Assembly (NCBI GenBank): GCA_001897605.1
Contig: MKTL01000022.1
Coordinates: forward strand, 1,030-33,029
Length of the DNA: 32,000 nt
Origin: Clostridiales bacterium 38-18
GTDB lineage: Bacteria > Bacillota > Clostridia > Peptostreptococcales > Acidaminobacteraceae
Direction of reading: 5' to 3'
Every line of letters begins with the position of its first letter. Positions within the stretch are counted from its first letter, which is position 1. A model generated the notes under the pieces. That model ran no database searches, had not been told where the DNA came from, and was given only the letters and a program-made list of their open reading frames with translations. The translations under genes were made by a program, and so were the position numbers. Positions 17,342 to 26,623 of this stretch are shown piece after piece.

Positions 17342-17882
17342 AACGGATCGATTGATTTTGAAGACTTTATCTCCCAAAGATTATGGCTTGGTGACGAAAT
17401 ACTATTTAGAGAATAGAGAATTTTTAAAGCCGTGGGAGCCACTCAGAAGTGAAGGCTTTTTTAGTGAGGCGTTTCAACATAAAAGCTTAGAGCTGGATGA
17501 TTATGCAATGGATCGTGGCGAAATGTATCGATTTTGGATATTTAATCTTGAGGATGAGTTGATTGGAACTGTTGCGATTACAAATATCATCAGAGGCGTT
17601 TTAAAATCTGCTTTTCTGGGGTATAAACTCAGTGAAAAGCATGCTCGAAAGGGCTATGGATTAGAGGCTGTAAATCACGTCATAAAATTTTCATTTGACG
17701 TACTAGAGCTTCATAGACTTGAAGCCAATATTATACCTAGAAATATTGCCTCACTTCGCCTGATATTTGCAGCAGGCTTTGAATACGAGGGCTGTTCAAA
17801 GGCATATCTTAAAATTAATGGTAGATGGGAAGATCATAACAGATACGCCTTAATCAATAAAAGTTACAAAGACATAGAATAG
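17322..17882 (+). CDS. GNAT N-acetyltransferase, RimJ/RimL-like
   Basis: LRTDRLIL at the N-terminus and the acetyl-CoA motif RKGYGLEAV. AAAGGAG lies 6 nt before the ATG at 17322, and the gene overlaps the rsmA end by 20 nt. Confidence 0.8.
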   Translation: MEQITLRTDRLILKTLSPKDYGLVTKYYLENREFLKPWEPLRSEGFFSEAFQHKSLELDDYAMDRGEMYRFWIFNLEDELIGTVAITNIIRGVLKSAFLGYKLSEKHARKGYGLEAVNHVIKFSFDVLELHRLEANIIPRNIASLRLIFAAGFEYEGCSKAYLKINGRWEDHNRYALINKSYKDIE

Positions 17883-17894
17883 GTGGAGGCAAAC

Positions 17895-18752
17895 ATGAAA
17901 ATAAGAGTTGTAACAGATAGTGCATCAGATTTACCAAAGCAAATAGCAAGCGAAGAACATTTGGAGATACTGCCAATTTTGGTCTATATAGATGGAAAAG
18001 AGTATTTAGACGGGGTTACGATTGACTCAGATACACTTTATAATGCTATGAAGTCGGGTGCAGAGGTGAAAACCGCTCAGATACCTCTTAGTCATTTTAT
18101 AGATAAATTTAGAGAATATGCGCAATCAGAGGCTCATTACCTCTACCTTGCATTTTCATCAGCCTTATCTGGGACGTATCAAACTGCGGTTCTGGCATAC
18201 GAATCTGTTAAAGAAGAGTATCCTAGCTTTAATATGACCATTGTAGACACCAAGTGTGTTTCTCTTGGTTTAGGCATTTTGGCGATTGAAGTTGCTAGGA
18301 TGGCTGAAGAGGGTTCGAGTCTTGAGGCTATTTTGTCATATATTGAGCAAACAAAAAGCAACATGGTACATGTTTTTTCAGTGGATGACCTTGAATATCT
18401 TCTAAGGGGCGGTCGAGTTAGTCGATCACAGGCTATTATCGGTAACATTCTCAATATTAAGCCTATTTTGCATGTTCAGGATGGCGCATTGGTTCCTTTT
18501 GAAAAGGCAAAGGGTAAGAAAAAGCTGTTAGCTAAGCTTTATGAATATATTAAGGATCATGGAGGCCAGTTAGATCGTCAGGTCATTGGCATTGCACATA
18601 CCTTAAACGAGGAAGAAGCATTAGAAGTGAAACGACACTTTGAAACCGTTTATGGTTCAAATAAATTTATAATAAATCAATTGGGATGTGCGGTGGGAGC
18701 ACACTGTGGCCCAGGTATGATAACCATATTTTTTAAAAGTAAAGTATCTTAG
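17895..18752 (+). CDS. DegV-family fatty-acid-binding protein
   Basis: Motifs IRVVTDSASDLP, SSALSGTYQ and GPG near the C-terminus. GGTGGAGG lies 5 nt before the ATG at 17895. Confidence 0.9.
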   Translation: MKIRVVTDSASDLPKQIASEEHLEILPILVYIDGKEYLDGVTIDSDTLYNAMKSGAEVKTAQIPLSHFIDKFREYAQSEAHYLYLAFSSALSGTYQTAVLAYESVKEEYPSFNMTIVDTKCVSLGLGILAIEVARMAEEGSSLEAILSYIEQTKSNMVHVFSVDDLEYLLRGGRVSRSQAIIGNILNIKPILHVQDGALVPFEKAKGKKKLLAKLYEYIKDHGGQLDRQVIGIAHTLNEEEALEVKRHFETVYGSNKFIINQLGCAVGAHCGPGMITIFFKSKVS

Positions 18753-18786
18753 TCGAAAGTACTAACAGAAAGTAGATGGTGATGTT

Positions 18787-19986
18787 ATGAAAAGGGTTGA
18801 TTTCAATCAATTAGCTGAAGGTATGATTTTAGGTGCGCCAATAGTTGATGCAGAAGGAATTGTAGAATTATTAAGCAGAGGAACTCATTTAACACAAAGA
18901 CACATCGCACTACTAGAAAAGATGAAAATTACGGATATTTATATTTTAGAGTATGAGGGTGAACCCTATTCAACACCTGAGCTTGATTTGGAAAAGATTA
19001 TTAGCAAAGCAAAGATTGCAGATGTGAATTTTGATTTAGAAAAGCTTAAGAGTGATCTTGCTGAAATTGATGAACAGGTTTATGAACCAACAATTAGAAG
19101 CGTCGTCAATAGGAACATGGAAATTCACGTTTTGACTGGTGAAGGTAATGTTCCAATAGATATTAAGCATGAAAAAGCAATTGCAGATACTCGCGCCATC
19201 TTTGATGAAATTCAACAGGATGGCGAGCTGAACCTTGATCGAATTCGAAAAAATGTTGAGGATTTGCTACCGGACATGATTCGAAATAACGATGTACTAA
19301 TGCGCTTAAATCAATTGAAGGAAAATGACGATTATACCTTTCAGCATTCAGTAAGGGTGTCAATCATAGCGACTATGATTGGAAAATGGCTAGGCTATAC
19401 TAAGGAAGAGCTGGTTGAGCTAGGTGAGGCTGGGCTACTTTTTGACATTGGAAAGTTAAACATTCCTGAGTTTGTTCTAAAGAAACCTACAAATGTGACT
19501 ATGGAGGAGTATGAACTGATAAAAAAACATGCTCAGTTTGGCTATAGCATATTATTAAGAACTAAAGGTGTATCCTCAAATATTAAATATGCGGCACTTC
19601 ACCATCATGAACGATTAGATGGCTCCGGTTATCCATTAAGACTAAAGGAAGGACAAATTCATGATTTCGCTAAAATCATCATGGTTTGTGACGTCTTTGA
19701 TGCTTTGATTACAGATCGACCTTATAAAAAAGGGATGTCGCCACTCATGGCTGCCGATTATATCTCCTGGTACAGTGGTAAATTGTTTGATGGAGAGGTT
19801 TGTTACGTTTTCATCAAACGGCTTTCGGAGTATTTTATGGGTAAAAAAGTCGTTTTATCGGATGGGTCTGAAGGCGTAATCGTCTATGTGGATACAAATT
19901 TCCCTACTCGCCCAACGGTGAAGGTGAATGAAAAGTTTGTAGATTTAGTAAAGGAGCGCACCTTGTTTGTCGAGAACTTGATGTAA
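18787..19986 (+). CDS. HD-GYP domain phosphodiesterase with an uncharacterised N-terminal domain of about 180 aa
   Basis: Motifs HSVRVS, FDIGK and HHHERLDGSGYP. Confidence 0.85.
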   Translation: MKRVDFNQLAEGMILGAPIVDAEGIVELLSRGTHLTQRHIALLEKMKITDIYILEYEGEPYSTPELDLEKIISKAKIADVNFDLEKLKSDLAEIDEQVYEPTIRSVVNRNMEIHVLTGEGNVPIDIKHEKAIADTRAIFDEIQQDGELNLDRIRKNVEDLLPDMIRNNDVLMRLNQLKENDDYTFQHSVRVSIIATMIGKWLGYTKEELVELGEAGLLFDIGKLNIPEFVLKKPTNVTMEEYELIKKHAQFGYSILLRTKGVSSNIKYAALHHHERLDGSGYPLRLKEGQIHDFAKIIMVCDVFDALITDRPYKKGMSPLMAADYISWYSGKLFDGEVCYVFIKRLSEYFMGKKVVLSDGSEGVIVYVDTNFPTRPTVKVNEKFVDLVKERTLFVENLM

Positions 19987-20013
19987 CAAAGGTAAAATCT
20001 TTAAATTAGAGAC

Positions 20014-20042
20014 TTGACAGACTTATCAAAATTATTTATACT
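20014..20042 (+). promoter_or_regulatory. Sigma-A promoter driving the tyrS T-box leader
   Basis: TTGACA (20014-20019), a 17-nt spacer, then TATACT (20037-20042). Confidence 0.6.
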
Positions 20043-20049
20043 TTACAAT

Positions 20050-20279
20050 AATTAAATAAAGGTGATGATCAAGAGCAGTAGAATTTTGAAATTGAAATTA
20101 GAGACTAAGCGGATGGTGAAAGCTTAGCAAGTTCGGATTTGAAATATGGCTTGTGAGCCTTGACGAGAAATCGTCACGTGGCAGGCGTTAACTGTTTAGA
20201 GGCAGTATGAAAGCTATACTGTAAATTAAGGTGGTAACACGGGTTCTCTCGTCCTTTGACGGGGAGGACCCTTTTTATT
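20050..20279 (+). promoter_or_regulatory. T-box riboswitch leader, Tyr specifier (UAU)
   Basis: Stem I elements are AGAGCAGTA, AGAGA and the distal GGATGGTGAAAG. The specifier context is GAAA-TAT-G (TAT at 20145-20147). The T-box sequence AAATTAAGGTGGTAACACGGG is at 20223-20243. A GC-rich terminator at 20241-20271 is followed by TTTTTATTT. Confidence 0.9.
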
Positions 20280-20414
20280 TACCCATAATCTCGCTTGTGG
20301 TAAAATCTGAGACCTCAAAGGCAGAGGTTTTTTATTTTAAATAGTGTTTTAATCCAATGACATAGTGTCTGGATGCAAATAAGAGAATGAATATAATGAT
20401 AAGAGGTGGTAGGC

Positions 20415-21662
20415 ATGCAAGAAAGTATGGAAAAAAGAAATGTTTTCGACATCCTAATGGAGAGAGGATTTATTGAACAAGTTACACATGAGGAAGAAGT
20501 GAGAGAGCTACTTGGAAAAGAAAGTGTAACATTTTATATTGGATTTGATCCAACTGCAGACAGTTTACATTTAGGTCACTTTATTCAGATTATGGTAATG
20601 ATGCACATGCAAAAAGCGGGTCATAAGCCCATTGCCCTAGTAGGTGGTGGAACTGCAAAAATAGGTGACCCATCTGGAAAAACAGACATGAGAAAAATGT
20701 TAACACCAGAAGACATTGAGGAAAACGGAAGAGGCCTACGCCGTCAAATGGAAAAGTACTTGACCTTAGATGGTAAATCAGGATATATTGCAAATAATGC
20801 GGATTGGTTGGATAGACTTGAGTACATTCCGTTTATTAGAGAAATAGGTAGCAAGTTTTCTGTTAATAGAATGTTAACAGCTGAGTGCTTTAAGCAAAGA
20901 TTGGAAAAAGGATTGAGCTTCCTTGAGTTCAACTACATGATCATGCAATCGTACGATTTTCTTGAACTTGAAAGAAGATTTGATTGTCAGATGCAGCTAG
21001 GTGGAAATGATCAATGGTCAAATATTATCGCAGGTGTGGATTTAGTTAGAAGAATGGACAGTAAGCAAGTATTTGGTTTGACCTTTAAGCTACTATTAAC
21101 AAGCGATGGAAAGAAGATGGGAAAAACTGAAAAGGGCGCAGTGTGGATTGATCCAGAGAAAACCTCCCCATTTGAGATGTTCCAATATCTTAGAAATGTG
21201 GAAGACGCTGATGTTGAAAACTGCCTAAGACTTTTGACGTTCCTGCCTATGGATGAAGTTCTCAGATTAGGTGCTCTTGAAGGTTCTGAAATCAACAAGG
21301 CAAAAGAAATACTAGCTTTTGAATTCACTAAAATTGTACACGGTGAGGAAGAAGCAAAAAAAGCGTTAGACGCTGCCAAGGCATTATTCGGTGGTGGTAA
21401 TAATCTCGAAAATGTACCTACTACTGAGTTTGCTAAAGAAAGGTTTAATGAGCCGGTTCAATTACTAGATTTGATGGTTGAAGTGGGCTTAATTCCTTCA
21501 AAGGGCGAGGGCAGACGTTTAATTGGACAAAGTGGTGTAAGTGTTCAAGATACAGTGGTTACTGATGCGAATCTCATGATAGATTTATCTTCATTTACCA
21601 ATCATCAGTTAATGATTAAAAAAGGCAAAAAAGTCTTTCACAGAATACAGTTAATCGATTAA
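20415..21662 (+). CDS. tyrS: Tyrosyl-tRNA synthetase
   Basis: A HIGH-type motif (SLHLGH), the KMSKS equivalent KMGKT, and a C-terminal S4-like domain. AGAGGTGG lies upstream of the ATG at 20415. Confidence 0.95.
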   Translation: MQESMEKRNVFDILMERGFIEQVTHEEEVRELLGKESVTFYIGFDPTADSLHLGHFIQIMVMMHMQKAGHKPIALVGGGTAKIGDPSGKTDMRKMLTPEDIEENGRGLRRQMEKYLTLDGKSGYIANNADWLDRLEYIPFIREIGSKFSVNRMLTAECFKQRLEKGLSFLEFNYMIMQSYDFLELERRFDCQMQLGGNDQWSNIIAGVDLVRRMDSKQVFGLTFKLLLTSDGKKMGKTEKGAVWIDPEKTSPFEMFQYLRNVEDADVENCLRLLTFLPMDEVLRLGALEGSEINKAKEILAFEFTKIVHGEEEAKKALDAAKALFGGGNNLENVPTTEFAKERFNEPVQLLDLMVEVGLIPSKGEGRRLIGQSGVSVQDTVVTDANLMIDLSSFTNHQLMIKKGKKVFHRIQLID

Positions 21663-21788
21663 ACTATAAGTGTAAGAAAATTCAGTATTTGCAAAGTTTT
21701 TGCTAGTTTTATCTGATGGTACTGTTTGTTTTCAACCATTCAGTGTTGATTTGGTAAAGTGTTAACTCAATAGCGTTTGGAGGCGTAT

Positions 21789-22556
21789 ATGTCAATTTGG
21801 GAAACCATAAGAAGTGAAATATTCAATAATGAAAGTTTGGATATTTATGAAAAAATGTGTCTAATTGTCCTGATGAGCCTCGAGGAAGAAGAGGCACACC
21901 TTAGCTCAGAGGAGTTAGGAAGTGCAATGGGGTGTTCACCAGTAACCGCAAAAAGGGCATTTGATTCTCTTCGATTAAAAGGGTATCTTTCAAATGACTA
22001 TCATAAGCATCCTGCTGTCAGAAGACATAGTAATGTCGTTCGAGATGAAGATGCTATCGAGATTTCAAGAGCTATAGATGAGGTATCTGACGATTTCCAG
22101 CCTGGCTTTTTTAAGTCAAATGAGAGTGATGCCGACGTTTTAGAGGAGCAAAATAAGGGTAGAATGAATGAGCTAGATTCCGAAGCGGAGCGAAGAAGGC
22201 AGCTGGCGGCATATCTTCTATCGGATACTGATGAAACGCCTAAAGCATTTGTAAGTAAAAAAGAATCTAATAGCTTGGTTGATCAGGTTATTGATTTAAT
22301 AGAGGAAAAAATTAGCTATAAGGAAGCAAATATAATATTGGCATTTGCGTCAAATGACATTGAGCGAATCAAAAAAAAATATGCCATTGCAAAGCAATCA
22401 CAGGTTTCAGATACGATTAGCGTACTCATAAATGAGCTTCAAAAGAAGGAAGGGCCAGTTATAAAGGCAGAAGATAGGCAAGTTGATAATACACAGATCA
22501 ACACCAGTAGGCTCATGAAGATGCAGGCTTATCAAAATAGTAGGATAAAGCCATGA
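21789..22556 (+). CDS. Hypothetical protein with an N-terminal winged-HTH-like domain, an acidic linker and a C-terminal helical domain
   Basis: GGAGG lies 5 nt before the ATG at 21789. SSEELGSAMGCSPVTAKRAFDSLRLKGYL looks like a wHTH recognition segment. No family is recognised with confidence. Confidence 0.55.
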   Translation: MSIWETIRSEIFNNESLDIYEKMCLIVLMSLEEEEAHLSSEELGSAMGCSPVTAKRAFDSLRLKGYLSNDYHKHPAVRRHSNVVRDEDAIEISRAIDEVSDDFQPGFFKSNESDADVLEEQNKGRMNELDSEAERRRQLAAYLLSDTDETPKAFVSKKESNSLVDQVIDLIEEKISYKEANIILAFASNDIERIKKKYAIAKQSQVSDTISVLINELQKKEGPVIKAEDRQVDNTQINTSRLMKMQAYQNSRIKP

Positions 22557-23014
22557 AGATAAAGGTTTTAGTTACGGTAGCATTATTGTTTATCCTGTTT
22601 TCTACTATAGGATGTAGCCGTTCGGATAGAGTGATTAGCAAGACTTTGGATACCGAAGAGACTTCTGAAACGCAATATTATGAGGAAACGCCTTCTGAAG
22701 AAATGGCTATTGTACAGCAACTGGTGAAAGACGAGATGCGAGTTTTTGATGTTGAAGAGCATCATGAAGTTTTATTAGCTGAAATTCAAAAGTTAGACCG
22801 TGGACTTTCTGAAGCGGATTTGAAGCTGGCTGTTGAGGACATCGTAAAAGCTAGAATGGATAGTTACTTTTATACAAGAATTGAGTCCATTCTAAGCAAA
22901 TACAATCCCTATTATGGTCCCGATGATGTGGAAACACTTTTTAATAATACCTCTAGAACCGCATTATATGACCTTATTGTATTATATGAGGTAACTTTTC
23001 TTAAAAATCAATAG
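22553..23014 (+). CDS. Putative lipoprotein (153 aa)
   Basis: ATGA overlap with the upstream stop. The signal peptide MKIKVLVTVALLFILFSTIG-C has a lipobox-like cysteine. Confidence 0.6.
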   Translation: MKIKVLVTVALLFILFSTIGCSRSDRVISKTLDTEETSETQYYEETPSEEMAIVQQLVKDEMRVFDVEEHHEVLLAEIQKLDRGLSEADLKLAVEDIVKARMDSYFYTRIESILSKYNPYYGPDDVETLFNNTSRTALYDLIVLYEVTFLKNQ

Positions 23015-23046
23015 GATTTAGGACATTTTAAGCAAATTTAGTGTTT

Positions 23047-23090
23047 AAAAAAAGCGAGCTTCTCACACAATTGAAGCTCGCTATTTTATT
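23047..23090. terminator. Terminator after the lipoprotein gene
   Basis: AGCGAGCTTC (23053-23062) pairs with GAAGCTCGCT (23073-23082), with an A-run before and ATTTTATT after. Confidence 0.75.
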
Positions 23091-23269
23091 GGGTTACAGC
23101 TTAAAAAGTAAATAAATGGAATTTCGTTTGTATAAAAATTACAAAACAATTCAGTGCGTTAGCGTTTATATCTAAATTTTATGAGCATTTTCAACCTATT
23201 CAAAGATGGTAATAAAAGCCAATTGATAAAGTTGTTTAGTGGTTAACAACATAAGTTACATTTTCTTAA

Positions 23270-23298
23270 TTGACATTAACTCAACCTGTGGTTATAAT
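23270..23298 (+). promoter_or_regulatory. Consensus sigma-A promoter upstream of the SLT gene
   Basis: TTGACA (23270-23275), a 17-nt spacer, then TATAAT (23293-23298). Confidence 0.65.
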
Positions 23299-23314
23299 TT
23301 GAAAAGTCATGATG

Positions 23315-23348
23315 GAACATAGCGCGTTTGCTATGTTCATATTATTTT
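23315..23348 (+). other. Leader hairpin (terminator-like) between the promoter and the SLT gene RBS
   Basis: GAACATAGC (23315-23323) pairs with GCTATGTTC (23330-23338) around a 6-nt loop, followed by ATATTATTTT. Confidence 0.45.
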
Positions 23349-23363
23349 AGAAAGGTTGAGATC

Positions 23364-24113
23364 ATGAAAAAGAGAACATTCGTTATTTTGGGAACGATGA
23401 CGATCCTTTTATTGGTTGTTGGGATCTTTGTTACACACCAAGTTCAGACGAATAAAAAAATTGAAAGCTATGAAACAGCAAATTTAGAATTAACTCAAAA
23501 GTTAAATACACAAGAAAAAACGATAGACAGTCTATCCACTGAACTTGAAAAGGCTAATGAAACAATTGAACGTCAACAGCCCTTGGTTGATGAGTACAAG
23601 GAGCTATCAAAATTTGTCGATTTTGACTCGATGGATTTGACACAATTAGAGAAAGCACAAGAAATATCAGGTGCAACGCCACTAGATTATGAAAGTGCAG
23701 TTGCATTGGTAAAGTACGCTGATATTTATGATATTCCTTATTCACTTGTACTTTCAATTATTGATGTCGAAAGTAAGTTTGATAAGAACTTGGTTGGTAT
23801 GTCTCAAGACAGAGGCTACATGCAAATTATACCGGTAACTGAAAAATATCTTGCGACCACATATGGTGAGGAATTAGGGCTATCCTATGACCCAGCTCGT
23901 ATATTTGAACCGGAATATAACCTTGCACTTGGTATAAAGTATCTCGATGTACTTATGAATGACTATGGTGCAGACTATGAAAGAATTTTGTCAGTATATA
24001 ACCGAGGCGCTGGAAATCTATCAAAGTACTACTCAGCATATAAAACATATAGCACATCTTATTCAAGGAAAGTATTGAGTAATGAAACGCTTTATGTCGC
24101 ACTTAATCAATAA
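23364..24113 (+). CDS. Membrane-anchored lytic transglycosylase (SLT domain) with a coiled-coil spacer
   Basis: MKKRTFVILGTMTILLLVV forms the TM anchor. The SLT catalytic region is SIIDVESKFDKN...GYMQI. The ATG at 23364 lies behind AAAGG. Confidence 0.8.
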   Translation: MKKRTFVILGTMTILLLVVGIFVTHQVQTNKKIESYETANLELTQKLNTQEKTIDSLSTELEKANETIERQQPLVDEYKELSKFVDFDSMDLTQLEKAQEISGATPLDYESAVALVKYADIYDIPYSLVLSIIDVESKFDKNLVGMSQDRGYMQIIPVTEKYLATTYGEELGLSYDPARIFEPEYNLALGIKYLDVLMNDYGADYERILSVYNRGAGNLSKYYSAYKTYSTSYSRKVLSNETLYVALNQ

Positions 24114-24146
24114 CATTAGCAAGACAACCAAATATAGAAATAAATG

Positions 24147-24181
24147 AAAAGAGCTTTTACTGGCTCTTTTTCTATTTTTTT
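24147..24181 (+). terminator. Terminator after the SLT gene
   Basis: AAAAGAGC (24147-24154) pairs with GCTCTTTT (24163-24170), followed by a T-rich run. Confidence 0.7.
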
Positions 24182-24235
24182 GTTAAAATGAAATAGTCGA
24201 ACGTATGTTCAATTGTTTTCAAGCTAGGAGATACT

Positions 24236-26623
24236 ATGTCAGATGCTAGTACTGCTTTTCAAATTTCTGTGCGTGAGCTTGTTGAGTTCGTCTATCGCTC
24301 TGGTTCTTTGGACCTTAGATTTCAGGGAAAGTCAAAATTACAAGATGGCATAAAATTGCATCAAAAAATTCAAAAATCACAAGGCATCGCCTATCGATCT
24401 GAGGTAACCTTATCAAGGCAAATTGAAGTTTTTGACGAGGTGAGTAAAGCTGTTTTGCTCGTATCAGGTAGGGCTGATGGCATTATTGATATCGATGGTG
24501 AGACGACGATAGATGAAATTAAGGGCACCTCAATTTTTTTAGAGTCAATTGAGATTGATACCTTCCCAGTTCACTGGGCTCAAGCAAAGATATATGGTGC
24601 AATATACGGACGAGATAATAATCTTAATCATATTACCATCCAGCTAACCTACGCCAATTTTGAGAGCAATGAAGTAAAACGTTTAAGAAAGATTTACAGC
24701 ATTGAAGAATTGGAAGCTTTTTTTATAGCAACTGTAGAATTATATAAGAAGTGGCTTTTTTTAAAAAATCAGTGGCGATATGAACGAAATAATAGCTTAG
24801 AGGGCATTGCTTTCCCATTTGAACGCTATCGTCCTGGTCAGAGAAAGCTTGCTGTTTCTATCTATAATAAAATCAAGACAGGTGGCATTCTGTATGCTGA
24901 AGCGCCAACAGGAATTGGCAAAACCATGTCAACTCTATTTCCCAGTCTAAAGGCAATGTCACAGGGACTTGTGGATCGAATTTTTTACTTATCTGCCAAG
25001 ACCATTACAAAGGTTGTCGCTGAAGAAGCGGTAACAAGGCTCTATGAGGAATCAGATCAAACACTGAAGCTTAAGTCTTTGACATTAACAGCTAAGGATA
25101 AAATCTGTTTGAACGAAGAGGTGACCTGCTATCCTGAAAAATGTCCATATGCAGATGGTTATTTCGATAGAAGCTTAGATGCTCTCTGGGACATCGTTAG
25201 CAATGAGAGAAGCTTTGATAAAGATACGGTTGTCCGTTATGCTCAAAAGCATAAGGTCTGTCCATATGAGTTTTCACTGGATGTTGCGCTTTTTTCAGAC
25301 TTAATAATTTGCGATTATAACTATGCATTTGATCCTAGAGTCTACCTAAGACGCTTTTTTGAATTTCCTACTGAGAAATATGTATTTTTGGTTGACGAAG
25401 CTCATAATCTTGTGGATCGTGCTAGAACTATGTATTCAGCTGAACTGCAAAAGGATAAGTTTTTAAGTGTCAAAAAACAGCTAGGACAAGTGGATAAGAG
25501 TCTATCGAAAGCGATAGATGGTATAAACAAAGCCTTGTTAGAGGTTAGAAAGGCCTGTGATGATCGTGGCCTTTATATCAGCGCCGATGAAAAGCAAGAT
25601 ATATATGAGCAGCTAAAAAGACGATCTGGAACCATAGAGAAGTGGTTGTCAGAAAACCATCTTGCACCTTTTTATCAAGAGGTGCTCGATCTATACTTTG
25701 ATATTATCGGATACATGAGAATTAGCGAGCTATATGATTCTGGTTACTTGTTTTATATTACTGAAGGGGATAAGAATACGACAAAGTATAAGCTTTTTAA
25801 TATTAATCCAGCTTCTCAGCTAAAGCGATTTATCGATAATTCAGTCGCTACAATTTTTTTCTCAGCGACATTAACCCCTCTTGCCTATTATTCAACACTA
25901 CTTACTGGCGATGTGGAGCCCGAAGCACTTTCATTGCCTTCACCGTTTGATACTGCTAATCGAAAGCTCGTATATGCCACCGATGTTTCAGTCAAGTACA
26001 AGGATCGAGAAACATCCGTCAGGGGCTTATGTCAATATATAGACACCATGGCAGCTGCTAAAAAAGGCAACTATTTAGTTTTTTTCCCTTCTTATGCCTA
26101 CTTGAAACAAGTGGCTGACTTATTTGAAACTTTATATATAGATAAATATGATATAATTAAACAGAGTAGAGATCTGTCTGAAGCAGATAAAGAGGATTTT
26201 CTTCAAACCTTTGATGCAGATGCAATTATGCTTCGCGACAAATCGTTGATCGGGTTTGCAGTATTAGGTGGCCATTTTGCTGAGGGAATCGATCTAAAGG
26301 GAGAGCGGCTGATCGGCGTAATTGTCGTAGGTGTAGGTCTACCTATGATTAGCTTCGAGAATGATTTGATCAAGAATTTCTTTGATTATGAAATGGATGC
26401 AGGCTATGAATTTGCCTACCAGTTTCCAGGGATAGGGAAAGTCATGCAAAGTGCTGGACGGGTCATTAGAGGAGAAACGGATACAGGCGTGATCATATTA
26501 ATTGATCAAAGATTTCAATCACTCACTTATCAAAGAATACTACCGCCCAGATGGGGCAAAGAGACAACCAATCTTGACACTCTTAAGCGACAACTTGACG
26601 ATTTTTGGGAGGAGCACAGATGA
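24236..26623 (+). CDS. Fusion of an N-terminal RecB/Cas4-like PD-(D/E)xK nuclease domain with an XPD/DinG-family (Rad3-like) Fe-S SF2 helicase
   Basis: Nuclease motifs are GRAD81, D93-E94-I-K96 and Q116-AKI-Y120. The helicase carries Walker A AEAPTGIGKT (221-230), DEAH (387-390), four Cys (291, 298, 303, 342) between Walker A and DEAH, and C-terminal QSAGRVIR. Confidence 0.85.
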   Translation: MSDASTAFQISVRELVEFVYRSGSLDLRFQGKSKLQDGIKLHQKIQKSQGIAYRSEVTLSRQIEVFDEVSKAVLLVSGRADGIIDIDGETTIDEIKGTSIFLESIEIDTFPVHWAQAKIYGAIYGRDNNLNHITIQLTYANFESNEVKRLRKIYSIEELEAFFIATVELYKKWLFLKNQWRYERNNSLEGIAFPFERYRPGQRKLAVSIYNKIKTGGILYAEAPTGIGKTMSTLFPSLKAMSQGLVDRIFYLSAKTITKVVAEEAVTRLYEESDQTLKLKSLTLTAKDKICLNEEVTCYPEKCPYADGYFDRSLDALWDIVSNERSFDKDTVVRYAQKHKVCPYEFSLDVALFSDLIICDYNYAFDPRVYLRRFFEFPTEKYVFLVDEAHNLVDRARTMYSAELQKDKFLSVKKQLGQVDKSLSKAIDGINKALLEVRKACDDRGLYISADEKQDIYEQLKRRSGTIEKWLSENHLAPFYQEVLDLYFDIIGYMRISELYDSGYLFYITEGDKNTTKYKLFNINPASQLKRFIDNSVATIFFSATLTPLAYYSTLLTGDVEPEALSLPSPFDTANRKLVYATDVSVKYKDRETSVRGLCQYIDTMAAAKKGNYLVFFPSYAYLKQVADLFETLYIDKYDIIKQSRDLSEADKEDFLQTFDADAIMLRDKSLIGFAVLGGHFAEGIDLKGERLIGVIVVGVGLPMISFENDLIKNFFDYEMDAGYEFAYQFPGIGKVMQSAGRVIRGETDTGVIILIDQRFQSLTYQRILPPRWGKETTNLDTLKRQLDDFWEEHR

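Noticed and set aside
20392-20397. Perfect TATAAT 18 nt upstream of the tyrS ATG as a promoter.
   Set aside because: A start site about 7 nt downstream would remove the AGAGGTGG ribosome-binding site. There is no -35, so this is likely a chance hexamer in AT-rich DNA.
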